Origin: Myxococcota bacterium
Lineage (GTDB): Bacteria > Myxococcota_A > UBA796 > UBA2385
DNA: 64,000 bases
Assembly (NCBI GenBank): GCA_044344255.1
Contig: JBIJDH010000013.1
Span: 64,001 to 128,000, forward strand
Reading direction: 5' to 3'
The notes below the pieces were generated by a model. It had not been told where the DNA came from, made no database searches, and saw only the letters and a list, made by a program, of their open reading frames with translations. The translations under genes and the position numbers were made by a program. Shown here piece after piece: positions 9,191 to 17,755 of this stretch. Within the stretch, counting starts at the first letter, position 1; the number at the start of each line of letters is the position of its first letter.

Positions 9191-11059
9191 GTGCCCGCCA
9201 TCGCGCTCTTGATGATCCAGATCGGCGTCGTCGTGCTCACCGGGCGTCTGCTCGGCCGAGCGATGCGGCTCCTCGGCCAGCCCTCCGTGATCGCCGAGAT
9301 CGTGGCCGGCATCGTACTCGGCCCCTCTTTGCTCGGCCTGATCTGGCCCGAGGGGATGGCGGCGCTCTTCCCGGCGAGCTCGCTCTCCTCCCTGTCCATC
9401 GTGAGCCAGCTCGGCCTCGTCTTCTTCATGTTCCTCATCGGCCTCGAGTTCGATCCGCGGCTGCTCCAAGGGCGGGGCCACCACTCGATCGCCATCTCCC
9501 ACGCGAGCATCGTCGCCCCCTTCGCGCTCGGCGGCCTGCTCGCCTGGCCGCTGCACGGCGCCTTTGCGCCCGAGGGCGTGCCCTTCCTGCCCTTCGCCCT
9601 CTTCCTCGGCGCGGCGATGAGCGTCACCGCCTTCCCTGTGTTGGCGCGGATCCTCGCCGAGCGGGGCGTGCTCCGCACCCGCGTGGGGGCGATCTCGTTG
9701 TCCTGCGCGGCCGTCGACGACGTCACGGCCTGGTGCATCCTCGCCTTCGTCGTCTCGGTCACCCGCGCCGAAGGGGTGGGCGCGGCGGTGAGGACCACGC
9801 TGCTCGCGCTCACCTTCATCGCCGTCGTGATCTTCGCGGTTCGGCCGCTGCTCCGCCGCCTCGGGCCCCGACAGGGGCAGGCCCTCTCTGCGAACACCGT
9901 CGCGATCGCCTTCCTGCTCGTGTTGGCTGCGGCCACGATCACCGAGCTCATCGGCATCCACGCGCTCTTCGGGGCCTTCCTGCTCGGGGCGGTGATGCCT
10001 CGCGGCGGCGGGCTCAGCCAGGCCATCGCCGAGAAGATGGAGGACTTCGTCACCATCATCCTCATGCCGCTCTTCTTCGCCTACAGCGGCCTCCGCACCA
10101 GCATCGGCCTGCTCGACCAGGCCTCGGACTGGCTCGTCTGCGGGCTGATCATCCTCGTCGCCTGCCTCGGGAAGTTCGGCGGCAGCGCCATCGCCGCCCG
10201 CCTCGTGGGCATGAGCTGGCGTGAGGCCGGCGCCATCGGCATCCTCATGAACACCCGCGGCCTGATGGAGCTCATCGTGCTCAACCTGGGCCTCGACCTC
10301 GGTGTGCTGACGCCGCGCCTCTTCACGATGATGGTGCTGATGGCCCTCGTCACGACCTGGATGACCTCCCCCCTGCTCGAGCGCTTCTTCCCCAGGAAGG
10401 AGATGCTGCGCGGGCTCGCCCCCCCGCCCGGAGAGGGGGCTGCCCCGCCGCCGCCTGCGCCCACCTTGGTCTGTGTCTCCGATCCCGCGCTGGTGCCGGC
10501 GCTGGTGGCCGTGAGCCGTCACCTCGTCACCCCGGGGGAGGCCCTGTTGGCCTTGCACATCGTCCGCTCGGATCGGCCCTCGGCCTACCTCTCGCTGGAG
10601 CACGGCGCGGGGGAGGGCGGGTCGGGTGAGCCCGAGCCCCTCGACCTCCTCCAGGAGCGCGCCGCCGCGCTCGGCCTGCCGGTGCGTCCGCTCTCCTTCG
10701 TCTCCGCGGACCCCGCCCGCGACATCGTCCGCGTCGCTGACGCCAAGGGGGCAGAGCTGGTGCTGCTCGGCGGCCACCGCCCGATCCTCGCCGAGACCGA
10801 GCTCGGCGGCCTCGTGGGCCGGGTGCTGGAGCAGGCCAAGGGAGACGTCGCCGTGCTCGTCGATCGCGGCCTCACCGAGCTCAGCGGCGTGATGGTGCTG
10901 GGAGAGGAGCCGGCCGTGCTCTCGGTGGCGGGCCGCCTCACCGCCGCTGGGCTGCCTCAGGTGCAGGCCTGCGAGCCGGGCGTGTTGGTCGTCGCCACGA
11001 TGGGCGCGGCGGTGCCCGATGACACGACGGTGCTCTTCGTCCGGCCCCGGAGGTCGTGA
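9191..11059 (+). CDS. Cation:proton antiporter (CPA2) with C-terminal USP-like domain
   Basis: LGQPSVIAEIVAGIVLGPS, SVTAFPVLARIL, AAVDDVTAW, LMNTRGLMELIVL; about 12 TM segments. Confidence 0.93.
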   Translation: MPAIALLMIQIGVVVLTGRLLGRAMRLLGQPSVIAEIVAGIVLGPSLLGLIWPEGMAALFPASSLSSLSIVSQLGLVFFMFLIGLEFDPRLLQGRGHHSIAISHASIVAPFALGGLLAWPLHGAFAPEGVPFLPFALFLGAAMSVTAFPVLARILAERGVLRTRVGAISLSCAAVDDVTAWCILAFVVSVTRAEGVGAAVRTTLLALTFIAVVIFAVRPLLRRLGPRQGQALSANTVAIAFLLVLAAATITELIGIHALFGAFLLGAVMPRGGGLSQAIAEKMEDFVTIILMPLFFAYSGLRTSIGLLDQASDWLVCGLIILVACLGKFGGSAIAARLVGMSWREAGAIGILMNTRGLMELIVLNLGLDLGVLTPRLFTMMVLMALVTTWMTSPLLERFFPRKEMLRGLAPPPGEGAAPPPPAPTLVCVSDPALVPALVAVSRHLVTPGEALLALHIVRSDRPSAYLSLEHGAGEGGSGEPEPLDLLQERAAALGLPVRPLSFVSADPARDIVRVADAKGAELVLLGGHRPILAETELGGLVGRVLEQAKGDVAVLVDRGLTELSGVMVLGEEPAVLSVAGRLTAAGLPQVQACEPGVLVVATMGAAVPDDTTVLFVRPRRS

Positions 11060-11874
11060 TGGTCTTCGGCTCAGCGCTTCGCCTGCTGCGGGTCGACGCG
11101 GGCGCCAGCCTCCGAGAGCTGGCCGCGGCGGTCGGGGTGTCGAGCGCCTACCTGTCGCGGGTGGAGAACGGACACGACCCCGCGCCGACGCCCGACCGCC
11201 TCACCGCGATCGCCGTCGCCCTCGGCCAGCCCCCGGCGCTGCTGGTGGAGCTCGCCGATCGCGTCGAGCCGGCCGTCGCGGGGTACATGTCCAACGTCCC
11301 CGCCGCAAACCGACTCTTCCTGGAGATCGCCCGCCGGGAGCTCACCGCGGCCCAGGTGGGGCGTGTGCTCGCCTTCGTCGAGGCCGAATTCCCCGACGCC
11401 GCCGCGCGGGGTCAGGCCGGACCGACCTTGCACAGCCTGCTCAGCCCCGATCGGGTGATCCTCGGCCTCCGCTGCGCGGCGATGGACGATCTGCTCGACC
11501 TCGCCGCCAGCCGCCTCGCCGGGGCCTGGCCCGGCACCTCCGCCCCCGCCCTGGCCGCCGCGCTCCGCAGCCGCGAGGCCGCCGCGCCCTGCGCCCTCGG
11601 CGGCGCCTTCGCGCTCCCCCACACCGCCCATCCCGGCGGACCGCCCGCCGCCGCGCTCTTCACGCTGGCCAACCCGCTCCCGCCCGGCCCCGACGGTGTC
11701 CCCGTGCGGGTGGTGCTCGTGCTGGCCGGCCTCGGCGACCGCAGCTTGACCCTGCTGCCTCGCGCTGCCCTGCTCGCGCGGGGGCGAGTGGCCCTCGACC
11801 TCGCCGCGGCCACCCACGCCGAGGGCGCGATCCAGGCCCTCCGCGCCGCCGAGCGCTGGAGCGGCGGAGCCTAG
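11056..11874 (+). CDS. XRE-family HTH regulator fused to a PTS EIIA (Ntr/fructose-type) domain
   Basis: SLRELAAAVGVSSAYLSRVENG HTH. C-domain LRSRE...ALGGAFALPH matches the EIIA RE...G.A.PH phospho-His motif. Overlaps the antiporter stop (GTGA). Confidence 0.8.
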   Translation: MMVFGSALRLLRVDAGASLRELAAAVGVSSAYLSRVENGHDPAPTPDRLTAIAVALGQPPALLVELADRVEPAVAGYMSNVPAANRLFLEIARRELTAAQVGRVLAFVEAEFPDAAARGQAGPTLHSLLSPDRVILGLRCAAMDDLLDLAASRLAGAWPGTSAPALAAALRSREAAAPCALGGAFALPHTAHPGGPPAAALFTLANPLPPGPDGVPVRVVLVLAGLGDRSLTLLPRAALLARGRVALDLAAATHAEGAIQALRAAERWSGGA

Positions 11875-11922
11875 GCCGGCCTCATCGAAGAGGGGAGGGT
11901 AGGGGAGGCCGAGGAGGCCCGC

Positions 11923-13434
11923 ATGGTCGACCGACACGCTCCGCGCCCGCTCCGCCGGCCGCTCTACGCTGTGGGCCCCGTCCGGGGCCTGGTCCGCCTC
12001 ATCCCCCTCGTCGGCCTCGGCTGCGCGGGTCCGGACCGGCAGAGCCGCCCGACCGAGGCGGCGATCAGCGCCGGCGGCGGTGAGGACGAGGGCGGAGCAG
12101 CCGATGGGGAGGAGGGTGGGATCGTCGACCACCTCGACGTCGCGGCCCACTGCGGCGAGTCTGACGCCTTCGGCCCGACGTACACCGAGCTGCTCGACCG
12201 CTGGGCGGCCCAGGACGCGCTCGGCGCCGTAGAGGCCTCCCCGCTGCTCTTCGTCGGCAGCTCGACCATCCGCCGCTGGGAGGGCCTCCGCGCGGCATGG
12301 GCCGACGGCTCAGCCCTCCAGCGGGGCTTCGGGGGCGCTCAGCTCGGTGAGGTGGCCCAGCAGGCAGACCGCCTCGTCGTCGCCCACGATCCGCGCGCGA
12401 TCGTCGTCTTCGCCGGGACGAACGACATCGACGCCGGCGTCGTTCCTGAGGTCGTGGTCGAGCGCGCCCGCTGCCTCCGGGCGCGGGTGGGGGTGGGCCT
12501 CGGCGAAGATCGGCCGCTGCTCTTCCTCGGCATCACGCCGAGCCCGGCCCGCTGGACTCAGCTCGCGGCGCAGACCGCGGTCAACGAGGCGGTGGCCGCG
12601 GCCGCCGAGGGGGACGCGGGGCTCGTCTACGTGGACATCCCGGCCGCCTTCCTCGCCACCGGCTCCCCGCCCGAGGCCCGCCTCTACGCGGCCGACGGCC
12701 TCCACTTGAGCGCGGAGGGCTACGCGCTCTTCCAGTCGGTGCTGCGGCCCGCGGTCGAGGCGGCCACGCCCCTCACGGCGCCCGGAGCGCCGGACGCCCG
12801 GGCCCTCGCCGCCGGCACCCGGGTCCTCGTCGATCTCGGGCCCGCCAACGCCGAGGACGGCGAGCTCAGCCCCAGCCCCGACCACCTCGGTCAGCACTGG
12901 AACAACTGGTACAGCATCGAGGGCGACGACGAGGTCGTCGCCGGCGAGCGCCTCGTCAACCTCGTCGACACCAGAGGGGAGGGGACGGGGGTCCACCTCG
13001 TGCTCACCGGCGGCTTCCTGGCCAATGGGCGCTCCAACGGCGGGCTGCTCTGGCCGGACGCAGCGCTGCTCGGCGATCTCGCGGTCGGGAGCGCGACCGG
13101 CGACTTCTTCTTCATCACCGGGGATGACCTCACGGGCGGCCTCCTGCTCGAGGGCCTCGACCCCGCCGCCGCCTACACCCTCCGCTTCTTCGCCGCTCGC
13201 GACGACGCCGAGCGGAGGGTGACCCTGTACACCGTGTCCGGCGCCAGCACGGCCAGCGTGAGCCTCCAGACCTCCGGCCCGGGAGCCGGGGCCGGCAGCG
13301 CCCTCACCAACGACGACACCGTCGCCGCGCTCCCGCACCTCTCCCCCGACCCCTGGGGCCGCCTCTTCATCGACGTCTCGATCGCCGAGGGCGCAACCGG
13401 CTACCTCTCCATCCTCGAGATCACGGTGGAGTAG
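11923..13434 (+). CDS. SGNH/GDSL hydrolase, probable lipoprotein, with extra C-terminal beta-rich domain
   Basis: FVGSSTIRRW, RGFGG, AGTND and DGLH motifs; lipobox-like LGLGC. Start uncertain. Confidence 0.8.
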   Translation: MVDRHAPRPLRRPLYAVGPVRGLVRLIPLVGLGCAGPDRQSRPTEAAISAGGGEDEGGAADGEEGGIVDHLDVAAHCGESDAFGPTYTELLDRWAAQDALGAVEASPLLFVGSSTIRRWEGLRAAWADGSALQRGFGGAQLGEVAQQADRLVVAHDPRAIVVFAGTNDIDAGVVPEVVVERARCLRARVGVGLGEDRPLLFLGITPSPARWTQLAAQTAVNEAVAAAAEGDAGLVYVDIPAAFLATGSPPEARLYAADGLHLSAEGYALFQSVLRPAVEAATPLTAPGAPDARALAAGTRVLVDLGPANAEDGELSPSPDHLGQHWNNWYSIEGDDEVVAGERLVNLVDTRGEGTGVHLVLTGGFLANGRSNGGLLWPDAALLGDLAVGSATGDFFFITGDDLTGGLLLEGLDPAAAYTLRFFAARDDAERRVTLYTVSGASTASVSLQTSGPGAGAGSALTNDDTVAALPHLSPDPWGRLFIDVSIAEGATGYLSILEITVE

Positions 13435-13508
13435 CCCGAGGTCGGGTGGAGGCCCTCGGACCTCATCGGAGTGTGCGAACGTGGCCCCCGCCCACCCGAG
13501 GAGTGACC

Positions 13509-14408
13509 GTGGCCGAGGCAGAACAACGCCAGTGTACCGAGGCCCACGACAGCGCGATCGAGGCCTTCCTCGCCCACTGCCGCGTCGAGCGAGGCTTGGC
13601 GGAGAACTCCCTGCTCGCTTATCAACGCGACCTTGTCGATCTTGCAGACTTCCTGACCCGCAAGTTGGTCCAGTCGCCCGAGGCTGCGCGGCCCGAGCAC
13701 CTCTCGCTCTGGATGGTCGAGCTGGCCGACCGCGGCTTGTCTACCGCCAGCGTCGCCCGCCGGAGGGTCGCCGCCCGCCAGCTCTTCCAATTCCTGCTCG
13801 ACGACGAGCTCATCGACCAGGACCCCACCGCCCGCCTGCTCGGCCCGAGCCGGGGTCGACCGCTGCCGAAGACCCTCAGCGAGTCCGACGTCGACGCCCT
13901 CCTCGCCGCCCCCGACCGCGACACCGCCATCGGCCTCCGCGACGCCGCGATGCTTGAGCTGCTCTACGCCACCGGGCTCCGCGTGAGCGAGCTTGTCAGC
14001 CTACGGCGAGAGCAGCTCCGCGACGGCTGGCTCGAGGTGAGGGGAAAGGGCGGCAAGGAGCGCATCGTCCCCTACGGAGATCAAGCCGGCGCCGTGCTCC
14101 ACGCCTGGCTGAGCCTCACGGAGGCCGACGAGGCCCACCTCTTCCCCACCGACCGCGGCGGGCCGATGACCCGGCAGAATTTCTGGGGCCGCATCACCAC
14201 CTACGCGCGCGCGGCGGGGATCCGGAGCACGGTGTCTCCCCACGTGATCCGCCACGCCTTCGCGACGCACCTCGTCACCCACGGCGCCGACCTCCGCGCC
14301 GTCCAGATGATGCTCGGCCACAGCGACATCTCCACGACGGAGATCTACACGCACGTCGCCAACGAGCGCCTGCGCCAGGTCCACGCCGCCACGCACCCGC
14401 GCGGATAG
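13509..14408 (+). CDS. xerD: Tyrosine recombinase XerD
   Basis: LRDAAMLELLYATGLRVSELV, GKGGKERIVP, MTRQNFW, SPHVIRHAFATHL, LRAVQMMLGHSDISTTEIYTHV. GAGGAG RBS before the GTG at 13509. Confidence 0.9.
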   Translation: MAEAEQRQCTEAHDSAIEAFLAHCRVERGLAENSLLAYQRDLVDLADFLTRKLVQSPEAARPEHLSLWMVELADRGLSTASVARRRVAARQLFQFLLDDELIDQDPTARLLGPSRGRPLPKTLSESDVDALLAAPDRDTAIGLRDAAMLELLYATGLRVSELVSLRREQLRDGWLEVRGKGGKERIVPYGDQAGAVLHAWLSLTEADEAHLFPTDRGGPMTRQNFWGRITTYARAAGIRSTVSPHVIRHAFATHLVTHGADLRAVQMMLGHSDISTTEIYTHVANERLRQVHAATHPRG

Positions 14409-14525
14409 TCCCGGCGGCTCGTCCGGAGGCCCCTGAATCGATCAGGTGAATCACAGATCGAAAGGCTCGGCGGGCAATTGCTGATGGCCGACCACCAGAT
14501 AGGCTGGCGGCCCACCGGAGATCCC

Positions 14526-15479
14526 ATGCCTCATCGCGCGCTCTACGCACCGACGACAAACCCGCTGCTGCTGCACCTTCGAGCCCTCGCCGACAACGAG
14601 CGCTTCAGCCAGTTCGTGACCGCGGTGATCGTGCTCGCCGGCATCGTCGTGGGCGTCGAGACCTACCCCTCGATGATCGAGCGGCACGGCCACGTGCTGC
14701 ACTTCCTCAACACCGCGATCGTCTGGATCTTCGTCGCCGAGTGTCTGATCAAGATCGCGGCGAATTCTCCGCGTCCATGGAATTACTTCCGGGATCCCTG
14801 GAACATCTTCGACTTCATCATCGTCGTCGTCGCGCTGCTGCCCTTTGACTCCGAGGCCGTGGCCCTCCTGCGGCTGCTGCGCCTGCTGCGCGTCCTCCGC
14901 CTCGTCCGCGCCCTGCCGGGGCTCCAGGTGCTGGTCGGCGCCCTCCTCAAGTCGATCCCATCCATGGGCTACGTCGCCGTCCTGCTGGGGATGCTCTTCT
15001 ACGTCTACGCTGTCGCCGCCGTGCTCTTCTTCGGCCAGAACGACCCCCGACACTTCGAGGACATCCCCGTCGCCATGCTCACGCTCTTCGGCTGCGTGAC
15101 CGGTGAGGCCTGGGTCGACGTGATGTACACGAACATGTACGGCTGCGCGAACTACGGCTACGACGGCATGGAGGCCCTCTGCACGGCGAGCAAGTCCGAA
15201 CCTCTGCTGGCGGCGATCTTCTTCTGCTCCTTCATGATGGTCGGCGCGATGGTGATGCTGAACCTGTTCATCGGCGTCATCACCAACGGCATGGAAGAGA
15301 CCCGCGCCGAGAACGCCGAGCTCGAGCGGGAGGCACGAGGCGAGACCCCGGCCACCCTCGCCGATGATCTGGCCCTGGTCCAGCAGCAGCTCGTGGCCAC
15401 CCAGGAGGCGCTCGTCGCCGTGCTCCGGCGAGCGAAAGAGGCCGACGGGGCCACCGAAGCGCCGAAGACCGACGTCTGA
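14526..15479 (+). CDS. Single-domain voltage-gated cation channel (BacNav/prokaryotic Cav family)
   Basis: YFRDPWNIFDFIIV, S4 LRLLRLLRVLRLVR, P-loop LFGCVTGEAWVDVM, S6 MLNLFIGVI, C-terminal coiled coil. Confidence 0.93.
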   Translation: MPHRALYAPTTNPLLLHLRALADNERFSQFVTAVIVLAGIVVGVETYPSMIERHGHVLHFLNTAIVWIFVAECLIKIAANSPRPWNYFRDPWNIFDFIIVVVALLPFDSEAVALLRLLRLLRVLRLVRALPGLQVLVGALLKSIPSMGYVAVLLGMLFYVYAVAAVLFFGQNDPRHFEDIPVAMLTLFGCVTGEAWVDVMYTNMYGCANYGYDGMEALCTASKSEPLLAAIFFCSFMMVGAMVMLNLFIGVITNGMEETRAENAELEREARGETPATLADDLALVQQQLVATQEALVAVLRRAKEADGATEAPKTDV

Positions 15480-15511
15480 AGGCCTCGAGGCGCTTCGAGG
15501 CCCACCGACAA

Positions 15512-15548
15512 CCGGTCGCCGCTCACCCGGCGACCGGGTTCTTTCTCT
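15512..15548 (+). terminator. Rho-independent terminator
   Basis: 10-bp stem CCGGTCGCCG/CGGCGACCGG with a 6-nt loop, followed by GTTCTTTCTCT, downstream of the channel gene. Confidence 0.7.
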
Positions 15549-15630
15549 GGTACAACCCTGCCGACAGATTTGAGCGCGCGCAGCTCCCCTTGAGGTCGCC
15601 GCTCCCGACCCGTCGAATCACGGAGGTCGA

Positions 15631-16833
15631 ATGAACACCGCAGTAAAGGTTGGGATTGGCATGCTCGCCCTGGGGGGCGGCGCGCTCGCCTGTGGAGGCG
15701 TCCTCGGCCTCGGGGGCTGGTACTACCTCCGGGTCGCCAACGCCGAGCTCACCGAGCTCTCCGAGTTTGTGGAGCCTGCTGACCTCGGCGCCGCCGAAGG
15801 AGCCACGGCCGACGCAGCCGACGCAGGCGGCGCGACCCCGAACGCTGACCCCGCGCCTTCCGCCGATCCCGCGCCCTCAGCCGAGCCCGTCGTCGCCGAG
15901 GGGGCCACGGCTACGGCGACGACCACGGCGACAACCACGACCACGACCTCGACGGTCGGAGGCGCGCCCGCCAAGGCCGAGGTGGTCGCCAGCGCGACGC
16001 CCGACCAGGACAAGAAGGCACGCCCAGCCGGCGTCCCCGCGCCGTCCGCGCCGGACATGGGTGCCACGGCCGGCGCCACGACGGGCACGGACGCAGGCGC
16101 TGGCTCGGGCCCACCCTCCGCCGCCCCGGCGGCAGCGGGCACACCCGCCCCGACCGAGGCCGCCGCGGCCGACGGCGCCCCGCCGGCCGAAGGAGCCGCC
16201 GGAGGAGATCCCACGGCGGCCCCGGGCGGCGCCGACACCGGCGAGGCCGCGACGGCCGCCGCTGAGCCCGCGGCCGAGGAGGCCACCGCCGAAGAGGAGG
16301 AGCCCGAGCCTGAGGAGTCCCCCTGGACGTGGGGCGTGATGACCTCGATGATCGCGCTCTTGGTCGGCGGTGTCTCCGCCGTGCTGGGCATATGGGTTGA
16401 TCGCGATCCGAAGCGCCCCGTCTTCTTCGCCTCCGCGATGTCCGTGCTGATCACCGCCGCCATCTCGGTGGGCATCGTGCAGACCTACATGGACTCCCTC
16501 GACGCCATCGCCAAGCGCGGCGACCTCAAGCGCATGATGGAGATGGTCAACGAGATCGCGAGGAACTCCGGCGATCCGGAGCTGATGAAGCTCATCACCG
16601 ATGAAGGCGGCACCGCGCCCGAGGCGGATCCGCAGCCAGAGCCGGAGCCCGAGCCCGCAGAAGAGGCCGCCGAAGGGGCTGAAGGCGCTGAAGGGGAGGG
16701 GACCGCGGCCCCCGAAGGGGAGGCTGCCCCCAGCGGAGAGGCTGCCCCCGCCGGGGAGGCTGCCCCCGCCGGCACGACGCCCGCTTCCCCCACGCCCACG
16801 GCCACCACCCCCGCTTCCCCCACCCCCCGCTAA
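15631..16833 (+). CDS. Hypothetical membrane protein with acidic A/P/T/E-rich disordered regions
   Basis: GGAGG RBS, N-terminal TM, long low-complexity linker, and a two-TM domain shared with the next gene. Confidence 0.8.
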   Translation: MNTAVKVGIGMLALGGGALACGGVLGLGGWYYLRVANAELTELSEFVEPADLGAAEGATADAADAGGATPNADPAPSADPAPSAEPVVAEGATATATTTATTTTTTSTVGGAPAKAEVVASATPDQDKKARPAGVPAPSAPDMGATAGATTGTDAGAGSGPPSAAPAAAGTPAPTEAAAADGAPPAEGAAGGDPTAAPGGADTGEAATAAAEPAAEEATAEEEEPEPEESPWTWGVMTSMIALLVGGVSAVLGIWVDRDPKRPVFFASAMSVLITAAISVGIVQTYMDSLDAIAKRGDLKRMMEMVNEIARNSGDPELMKLITDEGGTAPEADPQPEPEPEPAEEAAEGAEGAEGEGTAAPEGEAAPSGEAAPAGEAAPAGTTPASPTPTATTPASPTPR

Positions 16834-16848
16834 GAAGGAGTCGCGATC

Positions 16849-17595
16849 ATGGATTTTGGACTTATCGTCACCTTCACGGGCATCGCGGTGGCCGGCCTCG
16901 CCGGTGTGCTCGGCGTGTGGATGGAGCGTGATCAGGAGGCCCCCACGCGGTGGGCCTGGGTCTTCTCCTTCTTCGTCATCGTGTCGATGGGCATCGAGAT
17001 GGCCCACTCCACCGTGCAAGCCGCGGAGGATGGGGTCACCGAGGAGGCCCTGGCCCGCGTGCTCGAGCGCCTGACGGAGATCTCCGAGAAGAGCGACAAC
17101 CCGGCGCTGCAGAGCTTCGTGTCCTCCGAGCTGGCCGCCCAGGCCCGCAGCAACCCCGAGGTCGTGAAGAAGGTCGAGAAGAAGGTCGCCGCCAAGGGCG
17201 GTGATCCGAAGGCCATCCGCAAGAAGGCCGTGGCCGGCCGTCGCACCTCGGCCGGCTTGCCCGCCAAGAAGGGCGGCAAGATGGGCCAGGCCGGCAAGGG
17301 CGGGAAGGCCGGCAAGGCGGGCAAAGGTGGAAAAGCCGGGAAGAGCGGCAAGAGTGGGAAGGCTGGTAAGGCCGGGAAGGCCAGCGACGCCGACGCCAAG
17401 AGCAAGGGCGGCGAGAAGGGCGGCAAGGGTGGGAAGGGCGGCGGCTCGAACGCCAAGGGCGGCGGCGGAGACAAGGGCAGCGGCGGAGACAAGGGCTCCA
17501 GCGGCGGCTCCAAGGGCGGCAAGGGCAGCGGCAGCGGCAGCGGTGACAAGAAGAAGGAAGAGAAGGGCGGCAAGGGCAGCAAGTCGGGCAAGTGA
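16849..17595 (+). CDS. Hypothetical membrane protein with Gly/Lys-rich basic tail
   Basis: AAGGAG RBS, two TM helices, helical region, then about 110 aa of GK/AGK/SGK repeats. Confidence 0.85.
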   Translation: MDFGLIVTFTGIAVAGLAGVLGVWMERDQEAPTRWAWVFSFFVIVSMGIEMAHSTVQAAEDGVTEEALARVLERLTEISEKSDNPALQSFVSSELAAQARSNPEVVKKVEKKVAAKGGDPKAIRKKAVAGRRTSAGLPAKKGGKMGQAGKGGKAGKAGKGGKAGKSGKSGKAGKAGKASDADAKSKGGEKGGKGGKGGGSNAKGGGGDKGSGGDKGSSGGSKGGKGSGSGSGDKKKEEKGGKGSKSGK

Positions 17596-17651
17596 CCGAC
17601 ACCGCCGGGATCTGAGGCTCCGCCCAGCGCGGAGCACCGATCCCAACCAGG

Positions 17652-17676
17652 CCGCCGCGTCCGACCGACGCGGCGG
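17652..17676. terminator. GC-rich hairpin between convergent genes (possible terminator)
   Basis: Perfect 10-bp stem CCGCCGCGTC-cgacc-GACGCGGCGG. No strong U-tract. Confidence 0.45.
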
Positions 17677-17691
17677 TCTCGCCTACCCACA

Positions 17692-17719
17692 ACTTGACAT
17701 AATATCACTTATCAGAAGT
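17692..17719 (-). other. dif-like XerC/XerD recombination site
   Basis: Minus strand reads ACTTCTGATAA-GTGATA-TTATGTCAAGT, the 11-6-11 architecture. Right arm resembles the E. coli XerD arm TTATGTTAAAT. Intergenic AT-rich island. Confidence 0.88.
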
Positions 17720-17755
17720 TCAGCGATGGAGATGAGGGGACCCTCCGGCCCGCCC

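Noticed and set aside
13509..14408. Tyrosine recombinase as a prophage, ICE or integron integrase
   Set aside because: Size and motifs fit housekeeping XerD. No phage or conjugation genes, attC-like array or tRNA att site nearby.
17694..17725. Perfect TTGACA as a sigma70 -35 element
   Set aside because: No -10 at the right spacing and no downstream + gene. The hexamer is explained as part of the XerD arm of the dif-like site.
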